This document shows, piece by piece, positions 10,913 to 23,534 of a stretch of DNA of 64,000 bases (its first letter is position 1; each line of letters starts with the position of its first letter). A program made the translations under genes and the position numbers. The stretch is from Octopus bimaculoides. Its lineage: Eukaryota. Below the pieces are notes generated by a model. It made no database searches. It was not told the DNA's origin and saw only the letters and a list, made by a program, of their open reading frames with translations. Location: positions 8,621,409-8,685,408 of the forward strand of contig NC_068987.1 in the NCBI RefSeq assembly GCF_001194135.2. The letters are read 5' to 3'.

Positions 10913-11383
10913 CTGATTGAAAATACAAAAATGAAATAAAATGAAATATCACATCAGAAATTACATCAAAGTATAAAAGAAAGAAATTACGTCTTAGAGG
11001 GAAAACCAAAATTGGAAATTAAATAAAAGAAGATAGCAGCTAGTTTCTGTAAAGAATAAAATATGGTTAGTCTACATTACTCTGTAAAGAGAATGGGGCT
11101 GGTTTCTCAGTTTTTCTGATATATATATTCCTCCCTGAACAGGACATTGACCCATTGCAGGATTACTAATTTGCACGAGCTGAGTGAAATGAAGTGTTTT
11201 TCTCAAGAACACAAGGCATTGCCCAGTCCAGGAATTGAACCCACAATCTTATGCTCATGAGTCCAACACTCTAACCACTAAGCCATGCACCTCAACTAAA
11301 AATAAATATTCACAATAAATTTGAAAGGATACAACATTACAACCAAGAGGCTTCCACTGTGAACCAATTCAGTTTATATTAAT

Positions 11384-11415
<32 letters not shown>

Positions 11416-12589
11416 ATGAATACTAAGGGCATAACTCTGGCCAATTTACTTACTTGACTCAGGTGTTACGAAGTCGTCATAAACAAGTATTTACTGCCGA
11501 GTAAAATTTTACTAGTTCAACTTTTTTTGTTGTATCTCTTATGTATTTATTTATTGAACATAACAAAAGCACTGAGAAACCTATAGGTGAACAATCAAAA
11601 GATTATTTATTTTGTTATACTCTGTGGTAGAGTGGCTGCAGATTTTTAATACATTCCCATAGCTTTATAGCAATTTTACGTGCACTTTTTAAAAAAATAT
11701 ACTCACTTGACCTTATAGCAACTTTAAGTAGGACTGGGTAAGTAAAGTGCACATTTAAATGCATATTGACTGACTTATCCAATATTTCAACTACACAGCA
11801 ACACACTGTATCTGCAAAAATGGGATTGTCATGGCTGGAATGTCTGATCAAAGGTTTGCTCAATCAAAGTAGACCTAGGACTTAACAATTCATTGTAAAT
11901 GAAATGCCTTAAAATGATTGCAAATTTGAACATCATCATCATAATCATTTAATGTCCATTTTCCATGCTGGCATGGGTTGGACGGTTTGACTGAAAACGG
12001 GTAAGCTGCACCAGGTTCCAGTCTGATTTGGTATAGCAAAAAAAGAAAATTGCTGAAGAATGAACAACAATGATAACCAGAAGCAATGTAGATATTGTGG
12101 TTGAAAACAGATGTAACACACTTGACATAGTGGAGTACTATGATAAAAACTGTATGTTATGCCTGGTCTGCTAGCAAATGGGCAGCCCAAACTTGTAGAA
12201 AAAGTTTTAATATAAGGATTTGAAAAAAACTTAAAGCACCCAGTACACTCTGTAAAGTGGTTGGCTTTAGAAAGGGCATCCAACCATACAAATCATGCTA
12301 AAACAGAGACTGGAGCTTGGCGTAGTCCTCTGGCTCCTGTTGAGCTGAGCCATCCAACCCATACCAGCATGGAAAACAGATGTTAAAAAATTATTTTTCT
12401 CGTAATATGCATGTACATATTTAAGTGTTTGCAATGCTCTCTGTTTCTCTCTCAACTTGTTTAGTAACCAATAGTATAGTTTTGTCTTTTGTACCTAGCA
12501 TGAAAACATGAAGTCATTTCACTTGCGACAACTAAACTGGATAGATAAAAAAGATAGCCACTATAAACATGGTCCACATTATCACATCT

Positions 12590-12960
12590 GTTTCTTCCAG
12601 GCCCTCATGAACTGAGATCCTCTATTTTTCATAATCTCCATCTTGAGCAGATATCATTCATTCCACATCCTCCTCAATTTTCCTTCACCAACATTGTACA
12701 CAGTACATTTTACCTGTGTTTTCCATAATATCATATGTCCACACTAGTGTATAACTTCAGCTGAAGTATATAGCATCTCTCTCTCTCTCTCTTCTTCTTC
12801 TTCATCACACACGCACACAACTCACTGATGCTCAGCCTTTCCATACCATTTATATTACACATCCACTGAATCACGCCTGCATCATTTCTTTGCAGTCTCT
12901 GAAGATCTATGTTTAAGTGTCCATGTCTCACTGCCATGTGACACCATACTTCTTACACAT
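12590..12960 (-). mobile_element. degenerate RTE LINE ORF C-terminal fragment
   Basis: Minus peptide DLQRLQRNDAGVIQWMCNINGMERLSISELC resembles the RTE C-terminal region. A related + strand fragment lies at about 54760-55140. Confidence 0.65.
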
Positions 12961-13254
12961 ACTTCAAATCATTTACCTTTCACACACACAGAGAAAACCT
13001 TTGTTGTCAACAAAAGCAAGAACTCCCTAAATTTCTTACACACCTTCGTTACCCTAACGACTATATATTCACCACAGGAGGTAAAAGAAACTATTAATTA
13101 CATCTACAGTTATCTGAGAAGTTCATGGAATTCATTTCATAGGTGCTCCTACTGTGTGTCAATCACATCTCTGACATCCTAGTTCTTTCTGTTAGACTGC
13201 CAGAGATACCATTACTTGAATTAAATTCATGATATCAAATTCCTACCAACTCCC

Positions 13255-13293
<39 letters not shown>

Positions 13294-14873
13294 CTGAACC
13301 ATTTCCTAGATGGCACTGGGATTTTATGCTTTCTGTTACTAACAGGCATTTTAGTTTTTGTGATGTTGGCTTTTAGGCCTTTGGACATTGTACAACACTT
13401 TCAGGGTTGGGAGTTTTTAGGTAACCTTTCTTTTATGGAAACAAGGTCATCATTATTTAATGTCTGTTTTCCATACTGGCATGGGTTGGACAGTTTGATA
13501 GTAGTTGGCAAGGTCAGGAGGCACAACAAATTCCATGTTTTGGCATGGTTTTTTACAGCTGGATGCCCTTCCTAATGCCAACTGGATACCCTTTCAAATG
13601 CCAACTTTACAGAGTGAACTCTCTTTACTCCTTTACTTGTTTCAGTCATTTGACTGCGGCCATGCTGGAGCACCGCCTTCAGTCGAGCAAACCGACCCCA
13701 GGACTTATTCTTTTTAACCCTAGTACTTATTCTATCGGTCACTTTTGCCAAACCGCTAAGTTACGGGGACGTAAACACACCAGCATCGGTTGTCAAGCGA
13801 TGTTGGGGGGACAAACACAGACACACAAACATACATATATATACATATATATACGACAGGCTTCTTTCAGTTTCTGTCTACCAAATCCACTGACAAGGCT
13901 TTGGTCGGCCCAAGGCTATAGTAGAAGACACTTGCCCAAGGCGCCACGCAGTGGGAATGAACCTGGAACCATGTGGTTGGTAAGCAAGCTACTTACCACA
14001 AGGCCACTCTTGCGATAGGTATTTTTTACATGGCACTATCACCAGTGCTTTTTCATATGACACCGGCATCAGTGCTTTTTATGTGAATAGTGAGACTGAA
14101 TCATCAATGTTAAGTGAATGAAATTTTCTATGCATGTCGAGTACTTTTCCTTCCATTTTATACACCCAAACACACATACACACCACACACGTTTGTTCAC
14201 TTAACATCTATTTGTCCAAGTTTGCATGGGTTGGATGAAGACTCATTTAAGGCAACATCATACAGCTGGATAGTTTTTTTTTTAAGAAGTGAGACTTGAA
14301 AACATCCCAACAAAACAGAGGGATACTAGAGGGACAAACGACACAAATAGAGTGAAATTAATGTCTTACAATCTGAGTGGAGGAAAAAATGGACATAATA
14401 TGAATGTAAAAAGGCTGTTTCATAGGTTTATCTGTCCAAATCAAATAAATGCTTAAAAGATAAAGCAACCAAATATCACAAAATGATGAGAGGAATGAAA
14501 GTTAACTTAAGTAGAGACATTAACTTACATCACAGTAGTGAACCAGTCTTTATAGAAGTTACATGCGAATTTAACATTGAATAGAAATGGAAATTAAAGA
14601 ACAAAATAGACATTTTATCCAGAAAATAGTTTTGTAATTATTTCGAACATTAATTACGAAAAAGAAAACCTATAAAGAAATAGAAAAGATAAGGCAAGAA
14701 TGTAATGAAACACTGACAGTAAAATAACCACATATATATATATTTATAAAACATAAATCTTTTTAATAAAGAAACTCAAAGCTGGTAAAGCTATAAGTAA
14801 TAGCAGGTAAATATTGGGTTGAAAGACTCATAAGGTGGAAAAAGTGAAGTTGAAGGCTGCCCATGGGGACTCG

Positions 14874-15029
14874 AACATTTGTCGTATTTACAGAAGAGGA
14901 GGGTTCAAGTCCAGGCAGCCTTTGATTTATACCATCCAGGGGCTCTTTTAAAACATTTGTCGTATTTACAGAAGAGGTGGGTTCAAGTTCAGGCAGCCTT
15001 TGATTTATACCATCCAGGGGCTCTTTTAA
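14874..15029. repeat. 78-bp tandem duplication (2 units, 2 mismatches)
   Basis: aacatttgtcgtatttacagaagagg(a/t)gggttcaagt(c/t)caggcagcctttgatttataccatccaggggctcttttaa at 14874-14951 and 14952-15029. Confidence 0.95.
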
Positions 15030-17407
15030 TCCATTCTTTACATGCTATTAGTTAGAGTTCCACCTACTTTGAGTGTTCCACTGTCGGAAATTATTTATCT
15101 CATGTCTCTTGAAGATTTCTTACACATACGCACACATACGCAAATGCACACACAGCTGACTGATTTATTTTCAGTAATGTATGATTTAAACTAAGAAAGT
15201 AGGATAAGCTGGAGACAGATGCCAGGGAAAATACACTTGGGCTGACATTAATATTGTATTAGCATCTCATAAAGTCTACTGAACTAGCCAAGTTGTTTAG
15301 AAAAAGAGAGGTATTAATTAGGGTTAAAATGCAACACAAATAGGTAACTAATTAAAGCAAAGAGAAAAAGCTATTAAAATTGCATTCCAGGTATCTAAAA
15401 ACTTCATGAATTGCACACACTCATTTTTTAATTATTTTCTTTTTTTTTTTACTATTTTAAACTGAGAAAGAAAACATTTAAATTATTCCTTCCAATATAG
15501 ATCAAATGTTTTGCTGATTTTAAACTAATTGACTTAATGGGTATGAACAATTTAAGTATCTGAGTTGAATCACCAGTGCAGTGAATGTTCATGGTAAACA
15601 CATTAAAAAGAAGGATAAACATTGGTGTTATTTAATCCTTTTGCACTGCAATGAAATACTTGTACAATTTTAAAAAGTACGAAGATGTAAAGGGGAAAAA
15701 AAACAAAACGTGATAAGTGTTTTTATATTCCTTCTGATTCAATGGTAGCCCATCGCTAAATCAAATCATATTTTTACTTAAAATGATATACTGTACATAG
15801 ACAAAGACATTTGTACTACAATATGTCATACATATTGTAGTACAGATAAGTCAAAATTTACTTATAAAATATAACAAGTACCAAAACACACACACGAGGT
15901 ACAATGAAGGCTTTAATCAGTAAATTGTTTCCTGTTTGACACATAGCATACGTAACAGGATAAAGATTATTTTTGAGTCAAATAAACTCATAAGGATCAG
16001 TTTCCTGGTTTCCATGGCGTATGAAATCCCGACCTGGACAGGACACCAGTCCATCGCATTGCAGGATTACTGATTTTTGAGTGGACTGGAGCAACATGAA
16101 GTGAAGGTGTTTTGTTCCAGAACACGTGTTGCTCGGACCAGGAAGTTACAATCTTACAATCAAGAGACTAACATTCTAACCACTCAGCCACACACCTCCA
16201 CCATATTATTTTACTTGTTTCAGTCATTTGACTGCGGCCATGCTGGAGCACCACCTTCAGTCGAGCAAATCAACCCAGGACTTACTCTTTGTAAGCCCAG
16301 TACTTATTCTATCGGTCTCTTTGGCAGAACTGCTAAGTTATGGGGACATAAACACACCAGCATCAGTTGTCAAGTTTGGGGGACAAACGTTCAGCACAAA
16401 GACATATAGAAGCATGTGTCTGTTCCCAACCACCCAGAAGCATGTGGTTGGGAAGCAAGCTTCTTACATCATAGCCACAGCATACTTAACACATGAAAAA
16501 ATCTTCTATGAGAAGATAATGACCACAAGGCACTTTTAGTCATTTCCCATAGCTTATTTTAATCATAATTACACAGACTATATGCATTAAGTACACACAA
16601 GCATTCATATATATTGATGCATACATGTGCATCTGTATTCATCCAAAAGTGTATTTGTTCATTTATGTCACCTCTTCACTTGGGGATAAGCAAAGGTGAG
16701 GAAATATTACCATTTGCACACATCACCATAGACACATATGACAGGCTTCTATACAGTATCCAATGGCAATTTCCATACAGAAAGTATTGGTCAGACTTAT
16801 GAGTGGAATTAGTAAACAGAACTATATACATACACACACCCATGTGTATATACACATATACAGAGACATACAGATGTTAAAGGATGATGATGATGAAGAC
16901 GATGATGAAAATGATGATGATGATGATACATATACACAAAAATATATGTGTATGTGCATAGCTATGTATGTATGTTTTAAATAGAACCATATGTTTTTAT
17001 ACAAGAGACTAATGCCAAACCATTAAGCCAATAATCTAGAAATCTATACAACCTCACACAAGACTATATAAAAAGAGAAAGTATTACGCAATAAATTTAA
17101 TTAGTAAAAAGAAATTAATTTTAACCAAAGTATATGTTCAAATTTTTTAATTGGAAACTTGGCAATAATCTAAATTTGGTAGACCAACAATAGTAATAGT
17201 TAAAAACTACATATATTGTCATCTTGCTACAAAATACTAAAATACAATCCAGAATATAAAAAGTTTTTGGTTCTTGTTTTAAATTACTTATTCACATTTC
17301 AAATGTTACATATTTTAGGTCTCAGCCAAGTCAATAACGCAAGCTAGAGTGTGATATTCCAAGTCTACAGATATATGTAGTCATGAGTGTGTGTCTGTGT
17401 GTTGGTG

Positions 17408-17446
<39 letters not shown>

Positions 17447-17796
17447 NNNNNNNNNNNNNNNNNNNNNNNNNNNNNNNNNNNNNNNNNNNNNNNNNNNNNN
17501 NNNNNNNNNNNNNNNNNNNNNNNNNNNNNNNNNNNNNNNNNNNNNNNNNNNNNNNNNNNNNNNNNNNNNNNNNNNNNNNNNNNNNNNNNNNNNNNNNNNN
17601 NNNNNNNNNNNNNNNNNNNNNNNNNNNNNNNNNNNNNNNNNNNNNNNNNNNNNNNNNNNNNNNNNNNNNNNNNNNNNNNNNNNNNNNNNNNNNNNNNNNN
17701 NNNNNNNNNNNNNNNNNNNNNNNNNNNNNNNNNNNNNNNNNNNNNNNNNNNNNNNNNNNNNNNNNNNNNNNNNNNNNNNNNNNNNNNNNNNNNNNN
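17447..17796. other. assembly gap (350 N) flanked by (TA)n
   Basis: Run of N. Other gaps at 24257-24756 and 42267-42276. Confidence 1.
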
Positions 17797-17833
<37 letters not shown>

Positions 17834-19672
17834 TGTGTATGTGTGTTGATATATTAGTGATGTGAACATGAAAGGAAAGATCAGACGCTATTTTGAATCT
17901 GGTATAATTTTGGCAGTTTCATTCAATTAGAACAGCAGCTGGTATTTAATTCCCCCATGATGTCATATCACTACTTCATTTACAAAGAAGACAAGCCCAT
18001 GTCTTTTATACAAAATTACATCAAGAGCAGTTTCAACAAATTTTGTTAAACAGCAGCAAAAAAAAAAAAAAAAACAGAGGAAAACGAGAGTAAAAAAAAT
18101 ACTAAAAATTCCTTTTTCACACTGATTTTTGCAATTGAAACTAACTAGGAAGTGTTTTACTCATACAAAACACACATATCTTCGGATAAAAAGCACCAAA
18201 GTGTTAATGAGAAGTAATAATAAAAGATTGTCCTAAATGCTAGCAATCTGAAGAGAAATATTTATCTAGTCCTAAGTAAATACTGATGCAGGTAAGTACA
18301 GTTTACCTGAATGTTTATGTAACGTTATCTTATTAAGGGATAGACATTTTATGGCATGTATAGAAGAATTTGTATTTCTGTGGATGTATGCTTTATGATG
18401 TGTGTATAATCATATAATTAGTATATTCTAATACAGTCCAAAATGTGGCAGCAATGCTGAGGATTAAAAGAACTTCTTATGAAATACAATTATTTGCTAC
18501 TTGTTTTAGAACATACTTGGTGTAATTTTATATTACTTATGTATTTTGCATTGCATGTAATTAAAAAGAGACAAAAGAAAACAAGAAGCGAGTCAAGGCG
18601 TCTAGGGAAGGATAAAATATGAGGCACATATAAAGATGAGTGGCAGCTAAATGACAACATTTTAAAGTCTTCTAGACTTGTTGTAGACAGATGAAGGGTC
18701 TTAAAAGTGCAGGACATAGGATATAAAGTTTCAGTATGTTTGTATGTACAAACAGAAGGAATAGTACTCAATACATGTGACAGAGAATAGCTATTCATCT
18801 GAAGCTGATCTATAATCATCATCTTCATCATCTCACATGGATCAGATGAAATTTGTTGAGGCAGATTTTCTATGACCAGATGCCCTTCCAGTCACCAACT
18901 CTCACCTGTTTTCTGCAAGCTAATATCTCCCCATAGCCAAACATCATTTCCAGAAGAATGGAAACAATATAAAATACATTAAGTATACTCAAAGGAAGAT
19001 ATTCTTATCGAGTACAAAATTCTTCTTTGAAATCATCAGTCACTGACTGTTTTCCATGCTGGCATGGGTTGGACAGTTTGACAGAAGCTGGGGAGTTAGA
19101 AGACTACACTGAACTCCAATGTTTTGCTTTGGCATGGTTTCTAGGGATGGTTGCCCTTCCTTACACCAACCACTTTACAGAGTGTACTGAATGTTTTTCT
19201 ATATGGCACTGGTACTAGAGAGGTTTCCCCCCAAGTAACCTGCAAAAGAAAACCCCTTAATTAAAGGTAGAGAGGCATACAGTTGAGTGGGTTGGTTTTA
19301 TGCTATGTGATGAGAGGTTAAAGTATGATAAGGGGACAGGAGCAGGTGTTTTGCTGTAAGGAAGATATATGGTTACCCCAGTTGGAAAATAACAAGGATG
19401 GTGGTGAAGGTGTGTTAGGGCCTACCCTCAAGTTACAGGAAGGTGAAAAACATTAAACAACATTATACATAAAATCTCCTTTCTACGTTACCCAGATATT
19501 TTTTTGAAGTGCTTACATTCGAATGCTTACAGTTTAATGTTCATAAAATTAGAACATTCCATGAAAAGGAAACACTGCTTAAGGGATTTATAATTTTCAT
19601 TTTTATTGCTTGTTCTAATTTTTTTTTGCATAATGAACTGAGTATACGTGGGTGGGCAGGCGGGTGAGCGAG

Positions 19673-19705
<33 letters not shown>

Positions 19706-21470
19706 ATGTGCGTGCACTTACATATATGTAACCATCTGCAAAAAGTATGAAAGGGAGAGCTGACTAATAAGGGAAATTTCATTATAGATTACTTGAATTG
19801 AAATTTAATCTATGCTTAAAATATGATCCAGAAAGCCTTCAGCTTAAATTCTCTGTGATTTCAACAATTATGCAACAGACATTAGACACTGGCTTATTTA
19901 TACAGACAAGAGACACCGAACAATGTAATCCGATAACTTTAAACTATTTATGGACATACTATAAGTTATCAAGAAAAGGAAGTATGGAAAATGTACATGA
20001 ATAGAGGGCTGAGAATGGAGCAGATATAATACAGATGCGCCTGAAGTTAATCTCTCTGAACAATTAAATTCCTGTAATTAAAATACAATTAGCTAGTTGT
20101 TTAAAACTCTATTCTCATTCAACTTAACAAAATTTGTTTCCTTGTGTACATATATGAATAGGGTGGCTACACATGAAATTACAGGATAATAGAAACTTTA
20201 CAATTAGATGATGTTTCCTCTATCAAACAGTTCAACTATTAAAACTATTTGCCAGAAGCGAGTAGAACAGTGTATATTGTCTAAAAAGCACAAAGATTAG
20301 CATTTTTGAAAGGGGTGGGATCTGGAAGAACTAATACTGAAACTAAATATTTTCATAACGATTCAGTGTTCAATTGTTGACCATCAAACTTGATTCCAAT
20401 CAGAATGTAAAAATAGTCTTTGATATAAGTTATATATTTAAAATGTGTAGAAGAAGCACTTCTGTCAGTTTTGGCTAAGAAAAATTATGCAATCAGTTAG
20501 TGGTAACATGTAAACCTAATAAAATCAAGTATAAAGTCAAAAACATTTAAATCTGAATAGATTTCCAAGCCATACTGGATCTAATGAGAAAATGATTGTA
20601 ATAAATTGATACTGATAGTTCAAGAATTGTAGCTAAGTAGAGGGTTGTGAACTTCATATTGACAATATGAACTCTCTCTCTCTCTCTCTTTCTCTCTCTC
20701 AAATACACTCCAAACTGGTTGAAAGCTCTTTTTCCTTTTCTTTTCTTTATATTGTCTTGCAAGTTACTTGGCAACCTCACTTGTGGCAGTGTCACAAAAA
20801 GGAAAAAATGACACCCAGTACACACTGTAAAGTGATTGGCATTAGGAAGGGCATCCTGCCATAGAAACCATACCAAAATTGACACAGCTTTGCAGCTCAC
20901 CAGATTCTATAAAATGATCCAACCCAAGCCAGCATGGAAAATGGCCATTAAACGGTGGTGGTGGTGGTGGTGGTGGAGGAGGGGAGGAGGATTAAAGAGT
21001 CAGCAAAAGTGAATGATTAAGACTCACTCCAACCAATATAATCCACTCAAAATTATTTTTGAGGAAAGGCTTTGCTCAAAATGACAAAACCCACCTATCT
21101 TCAAAGAACTGAAAGGTAATCTTATTTCATGGATGTTTATTAATCTACTAACTTCATAGTTTCAAATAAACTGGCACAAATGGGAGATAACATTAAATTT
21201 CATTATGAAAAATTGCAGCAGTACTAAATGTTCTTACTTTCGAAAACTATGAAGTAGGTATTAATATACTAGTAGAAACAGTAGAGCCTGAAGTTATCTA
21301 CAGTTTGCCAAATATAAGTTAGCCTATCTTCAAATTAACAGTATCCTTCAAGGAAGATACTTCCTGTTAATACTAACCATCCTTCAGGTGGCGGATACAT
21401 TTAAAATTTCTATTCCATCTAACTAAACAACCAAGGTGAAGAAAAAAAATGAATATGCAAATAACTATAT

Positions 21471-21515
<45 letters not shown>

Positions 21516-23374
21516 ATATTTATGATGGTGTATATATGTGTTATATTAGTTCTTGCTAAGATCTTTCAGTTATCTACAAGTGAGTTGGAAACTATCCACA
21601 GCACTGTGAACCAGCATAGGTTAATGGAAAATAAATAATGTTGAATAAAGCACAAACAATAAAAAAAAAATCTGATTTTAGGGGCATGAAATTACACACA
21701 TCTAGATTGTCTTATAACTACTTGTTGGGGGACGTTTTTTTGATGATAAGCATGATGATAAGAAAGGTGGAGAGATGAAATAAGTAATTCATCATAAAAT
21801 CTTATTTTTGATATATAAACAAACACACAAAATGTATAAAATAGAATGCAATACCATATAGATGTTGAGGTTACAGTAGGTTCTCACATTCTATTCAGCT
21901 GTTAGGATTTCTTTGCTAGCTGGCTTAGAAATTTTACAAGTGCTGGTAATGTGTCTTCAAGAGATTTTTATCTTAAGTTCTCTGTGTCTATAAAAGTTAT
22001 CTGTCTACTGATAATGAGTATTGGTTAATAATTAATTAAATGTAATTTTAAATGCAAAGAATAAAAATACAATTAGTTAAATTAGAAGAAATATATGAAG
22101 TTGCTGCAAAATAAAGTCATATGTAAAAAAAATTACAATGTAATGAAAACAATATTTTTGTTTATTTAATTGTTTATCTTATTTTGAGAGAAATTAAATA
22201 CCATTTTCAAAAATAGAACTTATATGATTATATTATTTTTGTTTTGTCTTAAATTAGATATAACAGCAGGGAAACAAATTACTTTTATTTATTTTTTTTT
22301 TATAGACTACCTCAACTTTATTCAGTTAAATATTTAGGGTATTCCTGTTCTAATCTTGTATTAAATTATTTACAAACATTGAGATAAGACTAATCTTATG
22401 TATTATAAGTTATAAGATCAAAAGAATACATATTTATTTTGAAAACACAAACATTCCCACATACACAATTAATCATCTTCAATCATAAGTTCTAAAAATA
22501 TTAACCAATGCATTACATTTTCGAGTAAAAAAACAAAACAGAAAAATGGTTCAAAAATTAAAACAAAATAAAAGTTTTAAATGAAGGTAGAAAATGAAAT
22601 GATTCTGTATATAAAAAAATTTTGTAATAGCAACATTAACTTTTTATATAAATACTTTTAAAAAGATGTTAAGAAAAACAAACCTTAGATAGTGAAAGTG
22701 GTTTTATAGTGAAACAATACACTGCAGTAGAAAGCAGACGTGGGTAGAAAAATAGCTGGTAAAGTTTGATTATTGAAGCTGGAGTTCTTTTAATATAGAC
22801 AACCACAGCAACCAAATCAACATTCTTTTATTTTTTGGGGTGTGAGCGAAGGGGACGAGAGGTGGCGGATGAAAGAGCAACACTTATCTTTCAACATGCA
22901 GATTAAAGAATTTAATTTTAATTAAAAAAAAAAAAAATGAATCATGTAATTAGAAATAATGATATTTTGCCGAGACACACACAAAATATGCCCCTATTTG
23001 ATGAGAAGAAATGAGTATGGTTGGTAGTATTTGTGAAGGCAAAGCTAATCCTTATCAAATTTGAATTCAGACTGTAAGACCCTAAACTAGATACCACAAA
23101 ACTTCCAGCCACACTTTTTACTGAATAGCTACATTTAGATAATATTATCATAGTAGATGGATGGCTGCTTTGATTCACATCAAACTAAGCTGTACTTTCA
23201 ATCATGAATGGCAGTGCCCCAGCATGGCCACAACCTTTGGGCTGAAACAAGTAAAGGAATGAAGTAACATTATGAAAACAAATTAAACAATTCACACACA
23301 CATACATAATATACATACATATATACACATATAGATTGCTAACCACAACACACATTTTTTTTCTCTCCTTGTTT

Positions 23375-23412
23375 TTTTTCTGTGGAAGAGCGTAGGCTCG
23401 AAACATTAAAGA
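23375..23412 (+). ncRNA. degenerate minimal hammerhead ribozyme motif (second family, Penelope-like repeat end)
   Basis: ttttt CTGTGGA a GAGC gtag GCTC GAAACATT aaaga. Stem II is perfect and stem I (U-run/aaaga) is possible. The core differs from CUGANGA...GAAACGUH at A6 and G16.2. Confidence 0.55.
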
Positions 23413-23497
23413 CTTTTTCAATTCCCGAGCGTTATACTAATACATCTGTTTGTTTTCTACACCACCTGTCTTTGTCTGTTGTTTTTTTGTGAATTCT

Positions 23498-23534
<37 letters not shown>

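Noticed and set aside
10991-11046. AG/GT-bounded 56-nt segment on the minus strand
   Set aside because: The phase is incompatible (stop in the required frame), and NEEK|DRR is contiguous in liprin-beta.
14874-15029. CRISPR-like array
   Set aside because: Two abutting units with no spacers, in a eukaryotic context.
17331-17869. Long ORFs over N gaps (also 24127-24837)
   Set aside because: Open only because of N runs and (TA)n tracts.
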